From the sequence record MZ779063.1: 64,000 bases of DNA, one strand, 5' to 3'. A program made the translations under genes and the position numbers. Position 1 is the stretch's first letter; each line of letters opens with the position of its first letter. This document shows, piece after piece, positions 9,875-18,886 of this stretch. Source of the stretch: Staphylococcus phage vB_SauM-UFV_DC4. The notes under the pieces were generated by a model. It was given only the letters and a program-made list of their open reading frames with translations, ran no database searches and was not told the DNA's origin.

Positions 9875-11863
9875 ATGTTAAAATTTAATGAAATTAATGA
9901 AAGTAATTTAGATGAAGTACAAAAATATTTAGAAAACCAATCTTATGTATACTATAATACATCAGATCAGCCAGAATTAACTGACGAAGAGTTTGATAAG
10001 TTATTAAGAGAATATGAAAAGTTCCGTCCATTTAATGGCGGAGCTTTACCTTCTAAAGGTAAAAAATTAGTAGATGTTTCACATGAATATCCTGAATTAG
10101 TAGGAACAGTTTCTAAGGTTAATTCAGTTGAAGAATTAGCTGAATGGATTGAAGAAAAAGGATTAATTAATAGAGAATTATTAATTACTCAAAAATATGA
10201 TGGCAATTCAGTATTAGTTATTTTAACTACTAAAGGGGATTATTTAGTAACTAAATCAGCATTAACTAGAGGTAAAGATGGTAAAGGTGCTGACTTAACT
10301 GATTTCTTCAGTCATATTAAAATTAAAAAATCAGATGTAGATATTAATGCAGTTGATTTATCTGAAGATGATATTGATATTGCTATTAAGTGTGAAGCAG
10401 TAATGAGTTATAGTAACTTTAATAAGATTGATGAAGAGTATGCTAATCCTAGATCAATCGTTGCAGGATTATTAAACTCAGATGATGGATATAAGAAACG
10501 TAAGTTAATTAATTTATTACCTTTAAGAATTAATATTAGTAATAAAGAATTAACTCGACAAGAAGAATTAAATTTAATTTCAGCAATTACTAGTCATAGT
10601 ACTGTATTTGATCAACTTGATCCACAGTATAATTTTGTTATGGAAGATGAACACGATTATAAAGACTTTAATGAATTATATCATCAAATAGCTGATGAAA
10701 GAGAGTATTATGAATACATGATCGATGGATTAGTTATTGAAGCTCTTGATGAAGATGATAGAAATCGTTTAGGTAGATTAAATGACCGTAATAAGTTTGA
10801 TGTAGCATTGAAATTCCCATATATGACTAAAAAGACTAATGTAATTGATATTGAGTTTGACGTATCTGAAAATGGTACAGGCAGATATACTCCAGTAGTT
10901 AGATTTGAACCTGTTTACTTTAATGGAGCTAAATGTGAAAGAGTTTCAATTGCTAACTATAAAAGATTTAAAGAACTTCAATTAGTAAAAGGTCAAGAAG
11001 TTATTATTGAATATCGTAATGATGTTTTAAGTTATTTAACTCCATCTCCCACTAATGAAATTACTGGAGAACCTATACCTTTCATTAAAGAGTGTGTATA
11101 CTGTGGTGAAGAACTTGAAGTTAATGAAAATGAAACATTTGTATCATGTATTAACAACGATTGTGAATGCAGAGTATTAGGTATTATTAATAACTATGTA
11201 GATAAAATGGATATTAAAGGAATTGAATATTCTACTATTAATAAACTTTATAAAGGTAACAAACTACCTAACGGAATTAAAAGTTTATATGAAATTGATA
11301 AAAACGATATTATGCAAGTAGATACATTTAAAGAAAAATCAGCTCAGAATATTATTAATACAATTCATAAAAATAAAGAATATTATGACTATGATGTATT
11401 AGGTTCATTAGGATTAAACGGAGTTGGAAGAACTACATTTAAATTAGTTACTAAAGTCTATGATCCGCAAGAAATAGATTATGTAGATTTAAGTATTAAA
11501 GATTTAACTTCTATTAAAGGAATCGCTGATATTACTGCTGAGATTATTATTAATGGTTATAAACAGAATAAAGATTTAATTGAATTCTTATTTAATGAAT
11601 TAGATGTTAAATCACTTAAAAAAGAAATGGAAGCTAATAAAGATAATTCAGTTGAGCCAATGAATATTGTATTTAGTGGATTTAGAGATGCTGAATTTAA
11701 AGAACAGTTAGAACTTAAAGGTCATAAAGTAACTTCATCTGTTTCAGGTAAAACTGATTTATTAGTTACTCCGGATCCAAATTCAGGTTCATCTAAAATT
11801 AAGAAGGCTAAGGAAAAAGGTATTAGAATTATTAACATTGAAGACGCTAAGGAGGAATTATAA
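9875..11863 (+). CDS. ligA: NAD-dependent DNA ligase (LigA family)
   Basis: KYDG adenylation motif (KxDG), N-terminal Ia-like segment DEEFDKLLREYEKF, C4 zinc finger CVYCGEELEV..CINNDCEC, C-terminal BRCT-like VFSGFRD...SGKTDLLV. Confidence 0.85.
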   Translation: MLKFNEINESNLDEVQKYLENQSYVYYNTSDQPELTDEEFDKLLREYEKFRPFNGGALPSKGKKLVDVSHEYPELVGTVSKVNSVEELAEWIEEKGLINRELLITQKYDGNSVLVILTTKGDYLVTKSALTRGKDGKGADLTDFFSHIKIKKSDVDINAVDLSEDDIDIAIKCEAVMSYSNFNKIDEEYANPRSIVAGLLNSDDGYKKRKLINLLPLRINISNKELTRQEELNLISAITSHSTVFDQLDPQYNFVMEDEHDYKDFNELYHQIADEREYYEYMIDGLVIEALDEDDRNRLGRLNDRNKFDVALKFPYMTKKTNVIDIEFDVSENGTGRYTPVVRFEPVYFNGAKCERVSIANYKRFKELQLVKGQEVIIEYRNDVLSYLTPSPTNEITGEPIPFIKECVYCGEELEVNENETFVSCINNDCECRVLGIINNYVDKMDIKGIEYSTINKLYKGNKLPNGIKSLYEIDKNDIMQVDTFKEKSAQNIINTIHKNKEYYDYDVLGSLGLNGVGRTTFKLVTKVYDPQEIDYVDLSIKDLTSIKGIADITAEIIINGYKQNKDLIEFLFNELDVKSLKKEMEANKDNSVEPMNIVFSGFRDAEFKEQLELKGHKVTSSVSGKTDLLVTPDPNSGSSKIKKAKEKGIRIINIEDAKEEL

Positions 11864-11865
11864 TT

Positions 11866-12759
11866 ATGAAATATTATAAATTAAACCAGACAGGAATTGC
11901 TGAAGTATTAGGTATTAGCGGTGAAATGATTTATTGTTACAATCATGTATTTAGGGAAGATGAACTATATCTTAGTGAAGATGAGGAAATTAAACTATCA
12001 GAAATGATTACTAATTACAAAGCAATACCAAAGTATTCAATTGAAAGCATAAATGAAAAAAATATAATAATCACTGCTTATATGGAAGTTGATATGGATG
12101 AAATGGGTACTTTCAGAATAGCTTCTGAAAATTTTAAGTTTGATAAAAAATGTACAGTTGAGGATATCTATAAAATTGTATCTGAAAAAGTATTAAATAA
12201 ATATTTCTCATTTAGTGAAATGAAAGATAAATTGTATCCATTTCATTATGAGGAAGTGACTGAAGAAGAATATAAAAAATATAAAGGAGAATTAATTATG
12301 AATTATTACAAACTAACAGACGAAGGTATTGCAGAAATATTTGATATTAGTGGATTAGATTATGAATTTATGGATTTTACTGAAGATAATAATCAAATAT
12401 TCAGAAATGAAAGTCTTTATTTAAGAGAGGATGAAGTAATACCTCTCTTCAGTATTATTGGATATAGTGTTACTAAAGAATGTGTAATAACTAAAGAAGA
12501 CGATAAATTAGTTGCAAAGGGTGAAACTAAAATATCTGTAGAAGATGGATATGCTAATTTAAGTGTCATTGATTTAGATTTTGATGAAAATAATACAAGT
12601 TTAAAAGATCTATATAAACAATTAGATGAATATTGTAGAAATGAGAAATTTAATATTATTGATTATATAGAAAAAAGAAATTTAAAAGAAGGATATGATT
12701 ATAGATTAGTTACAGAAAAAGAATATAAATATAATAGAGATGAAGAAAATTTTAAGTAA
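11866..12759 (+). CDS. MKYYKL/KENFK-family protein, fused tandem duplicate (two units in one ORF)
   Basis: MKYYKLNQTGIAEVLGI...EEEYKKYKGELI joined directly to MNYYKLTDEGIAEIFDI...EKEYKYNRDEENFK. Confidence 0.6.
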   Translation: MKYYKLNQTGIAEVLGISGEMIYCYNHVFREDELYLSEDEEIKLSEMITNYKAIPKYSIESINEKNIIITAYMEVDMDEMGTFRIASENFKFDKKCTVEDIYKIVSEKVLNKYFSFSEMKDKLYPFHYEEVTEEEYKKYKGELIMNYYKLTDEGIAEIFDISGLDYEFMDFTEDNNQIFRNESLYLREDEVIPLFSIIGYSVTKECVITKEDDKLVAKGETKISVEDGYANLSVIDLDFDENNTSLKDLYKQLDEYCRNEKFNIIDYIEKRNLKEGYDYRLVTEKEYKYNRDEENFK

Positions 12760-12775
12760 AAGTAGGTATTAAATT

Positions 12776-13234
12776 ATGAAATATTATGAATTTAATAAAA
12801 AGGGAATTATTAAAATATTAGGATTGGACACAGCTTATTTAAAAGAAGATGAAGACATTTTTAGAGAAGGGAATCTTTATTTAAAAGAAAATGAATCAAT
12901 AAAGATAAAAGATATTATAACAAATAAAAAAGATATGGAGTTTAATTGCAGTATTTATGAAGGGTCTGAAGATAACTCATTAATGAAAGCTAATTTAAAT
13001 TTCAGACATGGGTCAGGACAACTTTTATTAAATATTGAATATATTGATTTAAAAGAAATAAAAGATCGCACTGTTGAAGAAGTTTACAGATACGCTAAAG
13101 ATTTAGTTTTAAATAAAACATTTTCTTTTAATAAAGCTGAAGAGCTTGGTATATGTTTATATGAAGGAAAAGAATATGAAGAAATTACTGAGGAAGAATA
13201 TAAAAAATACAAAGTAGAAAATACTTTTAAATAA
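12776..13234 (+). CDS. MKYYKL/KENFK-family protein
   Basis: MKYYEFNKKGIIKILGL ... EEEYKKYKVENTFK. Confidence 0.6.
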   Translation: MKYYEFNKKGIIKILGLDTAYLKEDEDIFREGNLYLKENESIKIKDIITNKKDMEFNCSIYEGSEDNSLMKANLNFRHGSGQLLLNIEYIDLKEIKDRTVEEVYRYAKDLVLNKTFSFNKAEELGICLYEGKEYEEITEEEYKKYKVENTFK

Positions 13235-13254
13235 TGAAATGAGGTGTTATTGTT

Positions 13255-13704
13255 ATGGACAAATATTATAAATTAACAGCGGAAGGTATATTTGATGTTT
13301 TCAAATTAGATAAAAAACACATTATATTCCCAGAAGATAAAAATACAATAATAGATTTCAGATCAAAGGAAGAACGTATAGAGAAAATTAATGAACTTAT
13401 ATACTTTAAAGATAATCAAGAAATAACAATAAACTCATTATCTAATTTAACAGACAATATTGTAATAGATAAATCAGGTTCTAAATATACATTTAACCAT
13501 TTAATAGAAATATCATTCACTACCTTTAGTCATAAAAAAAGATATAACAAAACAATCAATGTACCGAATGTATTTAACGGAACTGTAAGAGAAAATAGTA
13601 GTAGAAGTGACTTAGATATACCGATAGATATCAACAATATTGATAAAATAGAATTAACATTTAAAGAATATAGAGATCTAGTAATAAAAGAAACTTTTAA
13701 ATAG
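13255..13704 (+). CDS. MKYYKL/KENFK-family protein
   Basis: MDKYYKLTAEGIFDVF ... KEYRDLVIKETFK. Confidence 0.6.
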   Translation: MDKYYKLTAEGIFDVFKLDKKHIIFPEDKNTIIDFRSKEERIEKINELIYFKDNQEITINSLSNLTDNIVIDKSGSKYTFNHLIEISFTTFSHKKRYNKTINVPNVFNGTVRENSSRSDLDIPIDINNIDKIELTFKEYRDLVIKETFK

Positions 13705-13716
13705 GAGATATTATAA

Positions 13717-14166
13717 TTGAAATATTATAAATTAAATAAAGATGGTTATATTAAATTTTTAGGATTAGATGTTATGCCTGGACTTAAAACCCCAATTATT
13801 GAAAAAGAAATAAAAAATAAAAACTTCATTGTCAAATATTGTAATGGAGCAGATTTTTGTTTTACATTAGATGAAATTAATAAAATGAAAAACAAAGATA
13901 TTTACCCTAAACTTGGATTTGAAAGTTTAACTGAAAAAGTTAATCATGAAATAGAGAATAATCCAATAGTATTTGTTAATAGAAAATATGAAGATGCTAA
14001 ATCTTTAATGCATGTAGATTTAATTATCAATAATGAAGAAATTACAGTAATGACTATGGCAAGATTTAATATTAATTTTTTAAATGATAATTTGTATATG
14101 AAATACTTTGATGAAATAACAGAGAAACAGTATAAAAATATTATAGTAAAAGATTCATTTAAGTAA
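13717..14166 (+). CDS. MKYYKL/KENFK-family protein (TTG start)
   Basis: MKYYKLNKDGYIKFLGL ... EKQYKNIIVKDSFK; TAGGAGA SD 8 nt upstream of TTG. Confidence 0.55.
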   Translation: MKYYKLNKDGYIKFLGLDVMPGLKTPIIEKEIKNKNFIVKYCNGADFCFTLDEINKMKNKDIYPKLGFESLTEKVNHEIENNPIVFVNRKYEDAKSLMHVDLIINNEEITVMTMARFNINFLNDNLYMKYFDEITEKQYKNIIVKDSFK

Positions 14167-14177
14167 AACTCAATTTA

Positions 14178-14227
14178 AATATATATTATAAAATTGTGAA
14201 AGATGTATGATATTTATACATCTTTCT
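14178..14227 (+). promoter_or_regulatory. promoter-like motif aaatatatattataaaattg + hairpin gaaagatgtat..atacatctttc
   Basis: motif copy with downstream stem-loop. Confidence 0.45.
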
Positions 14228-14260
14228 AAAATATTTATTTAAAGAGAGGTGAAAAAGATA

Positions 14261-14677
14261 ATGGGTTCTAATTTTAATTATTATATATTGCAATCGAGTA
14301 TTTCAGAAGCTAGAAAAAGGATTAAGAATAATCTAGATGTAAATGGATATATGGTTATAAGACAAATATTTTTCAGTCATTTAGATTATAAAGATTATTA
14401 TAATATGTATCATAAAGTAAATAATGTAGAAGATTATTACAATGATATTATATTAGAAAGTATTAAGGATATTATATTTGATGAAGAAGGTAAACTTAAT
14501 GAAGAAGTAGCATTTAGTTTAATTAAAGGTTCTAATTCGAATATATGTGCTTTAATTAAAGATAATAAAGGTAATTACAAAATTTATAAAAAAGATAAAT
14601 ATGTAATTAAAGCTATAGAAGATTTATTATCTGAGAAAGATTATAAAAGAATATTGGTTAAAAATACTTTTAAATAA
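14261..14677 (+). CDS. KENFK-family protein (divergent N-terminus)
   Basis: ends EKDYKRILVKNTFK; ATG 14261 preferred over ORF-track GTG 14249 (GGTGA SD spacing). Confidence 0.5.
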   Translation: MGSNFNYYILQSSISEARKRIKNNLDVNGYMVIRQIFFSHLDYKDYYNMYHKVNNVEDYYNDIILESIKDIIFDEEGKLNEEVAFSLIKGSNSNICALIKDNKGNYKIYKKDKYVIKAIEDLLSEKDYKRILVKNTFK

Positions 14678-14722
14678 TTTGAAAGTGGATGCAACTTACT
14701 TTTATTATATTACAAGTGAGAG

Positions 14723-15388
14723 TTGGTGATTTTATTGATAAAAATGCATTTAATAAACTTTCAAAAAAGGTCTATGAATAGTTATAAGAAGAATTTAAAC
14801 ACAATTGTACTTTTCATAGATTATGATAAAAATATTTTCAACCAAATTAATAATCAATTAGATATAGATGTATTAGGTAATGATACTATAAGATTAAATA
14901 ATGCTAATTATTCATTAATGTTAGATGAGAAGATTTTTAGTTCTGAAAGGACAACAATTGATTTCTATAATAAAATAGTAAATAATGATATATTAAATAT
15001 TATTAAAGAAAATATATCTAATGTAGATAATTATTCTAAATTAAAAGAAATCAATAATATGACTGATAGTGAATTTAATGATATTATTAATAAAGATAAT
15101 TTATTTAAATGTCAAAATAAATACTTCAGTATGAATAAAATACCTTATATAGAAAAAGAAATATCTGAAAGTTTTTATCTAGATCATTTTAAAGAGATTA
15201 ATTTAGATTTTATATTTGAGAAGCTTTTTGAAGAGAATAGAGAAGATGAAGAAAAATTAAAGTACGTTTATACTTTAGCTGAATTATTTCTAACACTCAA
15301 ACAAGGTAAGAATATATTTTATAATTATAATAAAGAGGTAGATAAGAAATATTATAGATCTATATTTATAAATTCTTTATTTAATTAA
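14723..15388 (+). CDS. hypothetical protein (start uncertain)
   Basis: 221-aa ORF; internal ATGs at 14744/14774 are possible starts. Confidence 0.4.
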   Translation: MVILLIKMHLINFQKRSMNSYKKNLNTIVLFIDYDKNIFNQINNQLDIDVLGNDTIRLNNANYSLMLDEKIFSSERTTIDFYNKIVNNDILNIIKENISNVDNYSKLKEINNMTDSEFNDIINKDNLFKCQNKYFSMNKIPYIEKEISESFYLDHFKEINLDFIFEKLFEENREDEEKLKYVYTLAELFLTLKQGKNIFYNYNKEVDKKYYRSIFINSLFN

Positions 15389-15389
15389 T

Positions 15390-15707
15390 ATGATAAGAAA
15401 GGAGAGAAATAATATGAAGAAAATATACGGATTTAAAATAAAATATAATAAAAAAGTGGTAGATACTTTCACTTTTGAAAGTTTTGAAGAAGCTATGAAT
15501 AAACTAGAATTATCATTATTAGAAATTTATGACTCAGAAGATTTTACAACTATGCAATTAATTTTAAACACATATGACATTGAAGAAATTAATGAAGATA
15601 GTTTTAAAGATAAATTAAGACTAAATCATCTTAATCACATTAAGAATTTTAGTATTGAATTGTTTTCTAAATATATTAACACTGATAAGGAAGAAGGAAT
15701 TGCATAA
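15390..15707 (+). CDS. hypothetical protein
   Basis: 105 aa, AAGGAGAGA SD. Confidence 0.45.
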   Translation: MIRKERNNMKKIYGFKIKYNKKVVDTFTFESFEEAMNKLELSLLEIYDSEDFTTMQLILNTYDIEEINEDSFKDKLRLNHLNHIKNFSIELFSKYINTDKEEGIA

Positions 15708-15922
15708 TGTTTGAAGAAAGTAAAGTACCATTTTCATTTATTTATAAAGAAACTAAATATTTCCTACACAGAAGAAATATTAAGAATTTCCCTAATGGAG
15801 ATTCTGAATTCTTATTGTATGGAGATGAAAATGGGAAGTCATTCATAATAGAAGAAAGTAAATTAGAAAACTTAATTGAACAACATGAAGTTGAAGTATC
15901 TTACGAAGAAGATATTATTTAA
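15707..15922 (+). CDS. hypothetical protein
   Basis: 71 aa, TAATG overlap coupling with upstream gene. Confidence 0.4.
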   Translation: MFEESKVPFSFIYKETKYFLHRRNIKNFPNGDSEFLLYGDENGKSFIIEESKLENLIEQHEVEVSYEEDII

Positions 15923-15970
15923 ATATATATTATTAAATTGAGGTAATGACATATTATTTGTCATTACCTC
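15921..15970 (+). promoter_or_regulatory. promoter-like motif aaatatatattattaaattg + hairpin gaggtaatgaca..tgtcattacctc
   Basis: motif copy; 12-bp perfect stem. Confidence 0.45.
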
Positions 15971-16002
15971 TAATATATTAAAAATCAAAGGAGAAAACAA
16001 AC

Positions 16003-16386
16003 ATGAAGAAATTTTTAGTATTACCATTATTATTCGTTTTATTATTAACAGGGTGTTCTCAGGCTGATAAAGTTAGCCAAAATATGTCTGAAGAGTCAGA
16101 TAATTTTAATGTAGTTAGAAAAGTAACTGTTATAAATGCTATTAAAAATGATATTATTTTTCAAATGTCTGGACGTATGTCTATTAAAGCAGATAAAGAA
16201 GACAATCAATTAGAAATAGTTGTAGAAAATGAAGATGGTAAATATCAGAAACACATCATTGGTTTATCTGATAATGTTTCATATACTGTTGAGGATGTTA
16301 CAACTAAGAATGTAAGCAAATACCAATATGAAATTAATTATAATCCTAAAATGTGGATTCCTGCAAAACCAGATTATAAAGACTAA
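16003..16386 (+). CDS. lipoprotein (lipobox LLTGC)
   Basis: MKKFLVLPLLFVLLLTGCSQ signal peptide plus lipobox. Confidence 0.6.
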   Translation: MKKFLVLPLLFVLLLTGCSQADKVSQNMSEESDNFNVVRKVTVINAIKNDIIFQMSGRMSIKADKEDNQLEIVVENEDGKYQKHIIGLSDNVSYTVEDVTTKNVSKYQYEINYNPKMWIPAKPDYKD

Positions 16387-16415
16387 TTATTATAATAGAA
16401 TGGAGAGAATGACTT

Positions 16416-16724
16416 ATGTCTAAGAAAAAGAAATTAGAAAAAAGACTTAATGTAAGAATTAATCAAGAACAAAAGAAAGCTATTTTAAAACGTGAAGATA
16501 TCGATAGAATGGATTTTGAGTTCATTACATTAGATAAAGAGAAACATGATGAAGAAGAAAAATTTGATATCAAAGTAAAATCTAACGATAAGTTTTCTCT
16601 AATTATCATTATTAAATTCTTTTCTAAATTGTTGAATTTTAGTATTAAAAGAGATAAGAAAAAAGAAAAAGTTAAAGAAGATATAAAAGATGATAATGAA
16701 GTTTCTAATTTAGATAAGAAATAA
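16416..16724 (+). CDS. hypothetical K/E-rich protein
   Basis: 102 aa, low complexity. Confidence 0.35.
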   Translation: MSKKKKLEKRLNVRINQEQKKAILKREDIDRMDFEFITLDKEKHDEEEKFDIKVKSNDKFSLIIIIKFFSKLLNFSIKRDKKKEKVKEDIKDDNEVSNLDKK

Positions 16725-16726
16725 TA

Positions 16727-16768
16727 AAAATGCCATAATACACAATTTAAGTGTATTATGGCAAATTA
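16727..16768. terminator. bidirectional terminator (tgccataataca..tgtattatggca)
   Basis: 12-bp inverted repeat flanked by A-run upstream and T-run downstream, between convergent genes. Confidence 0.5.
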
Positions 16769-16769
16769 T

Positions 16770-17072
16770 TTATTTTTCAGGTTTAAAACGGTCTTTAAGT
16801 CTAGGATATAGACGTAGATGCGCTTTACGAGTAGGATCTGTAACAACAATTTGATTTGTTCTAGGATTTCTACGTTTACGCATATCTTCAGGTTTAACTT
16901 CAAGGACACCAATTTCAGGGATAATAGTTTTAGTTTGATCAGCATCATTTGCAGATTCAACAATTATTTCTATCATCTCATTATAAGCATCAACTAGTTC
17001 TCTTTGTGTTAATCCAGTACGTCTAGACCATTCTCTAAAGAAGTGTTTTTGATCTTGAATTTGATTTAGCAT
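16770..17072 (-). CDS. HU/IHF/TF1-family histone-like DNA-binding protein
   Basis: LTQRELVDAYNEMIEII N-terminal helices; beta-arm MRKRRNPRTNQIVVTDPTRKAHLR resembles HU ARKGRNPQTGEEIEIPA. Confidence 0.7.
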   Translation of the reverse strand: MLNQIQDQKHFFREWSRRTGLTQRELVDAYNEMIEIIVESANDADQTKTIIPEIGVLEVKPEDMRKRRNPRTNQIVVTDPTRKAHLRLYPRLKDRFKPEK

Positions 17073-17134
17073 TTTATTAGTTCCTTTCCATATAATATAT
17101 TTTTAATTTTTTTAGAAAATTGTTAATATTTTAC

Positions 17135-17163
17135 TAGCTTTTTTCTAAATTTTATGATATAAT
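17135..17163 (+). promoter_or_regulatory. sigma-A-like promoter with extended -10 (tagcttttttctaaattttatgatataat)
   Basis: near-identical to the 581-609 element; TGaTATAAT. Confidence 0.4.
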
Positions 17164-17263
17164 ATTGTTATGGAATTTCTTAGTTGTAAAAAAATAATTT
17201 TTTGCAATAACTTAAATTTTTATATGGTTTCGAATTTTTAATTATAAGGAGAGTCAGATATCG

Positions 17264-18886
17264 TTGGGTAATTATTTAAGAAAAATTACGAAGAATATAC
17301 AAGATGAGGTCAGTACAAAAGAGTCATTTAATGAGGATGTAATATACTTTAGGGAGAATGAAAACCTAGAAGATATTATATCTGATATTTACAAATCAGT
17401 AGAATTTATTAAAGGCGTAAAATTCATTGATTGTAAAGTTGTTCCTCCAAGTGAAGTTTATGAGTACAATCAAATGACAGACAAACAATTTAAAGCAAGA
17501 GATTTTAGAAAAATCAACGTAGAAGAATCAAAACTATTAGAAGTTCAAATTACTGTAGAATTTGAATCAGCTGAAGGGGAAAAAGAATTATACACACATA
17601 AATTAGATTTCCCTGAACTTATAGAAGGTCAGTATTATTATATTAATGATAATAAGTTCTTCCCTATCTTACAATTAGCTGATACTGAATTCTATAAACC
17701 TAAAGCAAGTACAGTAGTAATGAAAAACTTATTACAACCATTATCAGTAAATGGTTCTAAAAAAGATGAACTTATTGATGATGATAAGAAAATGCCTAAG
17801 AAGTTAAGAGGTAGAACATTATACTTAGAAGTATTTAATAAAAATAAACCTGTTCCAGCATTTTTATTCTTTATTGCTAAAATGGGTCTAGATGAAACAT
17901 TTGAATTCTTAGATATTAAAGAATATTGTGAATTAGTAGATACCAACGATGAAAAAGATGATAAACACTACTATTTTAGAATTAATAATAAAATAACTAT
18001 TCAAGTTGATAAAGAATGGTTAGATCAAGACGATAGATATAGAACTTCTATGGTCTTATGTATTAAAGATTTGTTTAAAGGTATGAGAGCAGGATTAGAT
18101 AAAGTATATGATAAAGAATTCTGGCTAAAAAATTTAGGATCTGTATTTAGTGGTTCTACTAACGTTGACACTAAAATTGAAAAAGCTAATTCTATGATTT
18201 TATCATTTGATAGAATTTTAGATAGTCGTACTAAAAATATTTCTAGATTAGATCCAGAAGATAAAGAATCAACTTATCATGTAGTTAAATACATGTTTAA
18301 AAACTTTGATAATCTTAATTTATTAGATAATACAGATTTAGCTAATAAACGTTTAAGAGTATTAGAATACTTAACTTATCCACTGAATAGAAAGAACTCT
18401 GATACATCTTATCGTATGATTAATTTCACAGATAAGAAACGTACAATTAAAAATCTTAAGGGATTATTCTCAGGTGTACCTCGTGATTTCTTATTAAAAA
18501 CTATAGGAACATCTGAAGGAATTAGATATTCCAATGCAGTTAATACAATTGACTTATTTACTAGAATTCTTAAAATGACTAAAGCAGGTCCACAAACTGC
18601 TGTTGATACTAGTAAACCATCTATTAGAACTATTAATATCAATAATACTTATTTCGGTAGAATTGATTTAATAGCAACATCTTCAAACAATCCAGGTATT
18701 ACACGTACATTAACACCATTCTGTGAGGTTAAAGATCCTGGTGAGAATGGTTCATTCTATTTTGAAAATAAACCTAACATCAGAGAAAATATTGACACAG
18801 ATAATTTAGATAAACTAGAGAAAGAATCTGAAGACAATGAAGTTGTATTAGATATTAAAGAAATTGTAGAAGAGGATGACGAATAA
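17264..18886 (+). CDS. putative RNA polymerase beta'-like subunit, N-terminal segment (TTG start)
   Basis: translationally coupled (TAATG) to downstream beta' segment; AAGGAGAG SD 10 nt before TTG; no strong conserved motif recognised. Confidence 0.45.
   Translation: MGNYLRKITKNIQDEVSTKESFNEDVIYFRENENLEDIISDIYKSVEFIKGVKFIDCKVVPPSEVYEYNQMTDKQFKARDFRKINVEESKLLEVQITVEFESAEGEKELYTHKLDFPELIEGQYYYINDNKFFPILQLADTEFYKPKASTVVMKNLLQPLSVNGSKKDELIDDDKKMPKKLRGRTLYLEVFNKNKPVPAFLFFIAKMGLDETFEFLDIKEYCELVDTNDEKDDKHYYFRINNKITIQVDKEWLDQDDRYRTSMVLCIKDLFKGMRAGLDKVYDKEFWLKNLGSVFSGSTNVDTKIEKANSMILSFDRILDSRTKNISRLDPEDKESTYHVVKYMFKNFDNLNLLDNTDLANKRLRVLEYLTYPLNRKNSDTSYRMINFTDKKRTIKNLKGLFSGVPRDFLLKTIGTSEGIRYSNAVNTIDLFTRILKMTKAGPQTAVDTSKPSIRTININNTYFGRIDLIATSSNNPGITRTLTPFCEVKDPGENGSFYFENKPNIRENIDTDNLDKLEKESEDNEVVLDIKEIVEEDDE

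Noticed and set aside
17692-18642. Minus-strand ORFs (17692-17946, 18409-18642) inside the beta' N-terminal gene
   Set aside because: Antisense to a coupled, SD-preceded gene pair. No independent signals.
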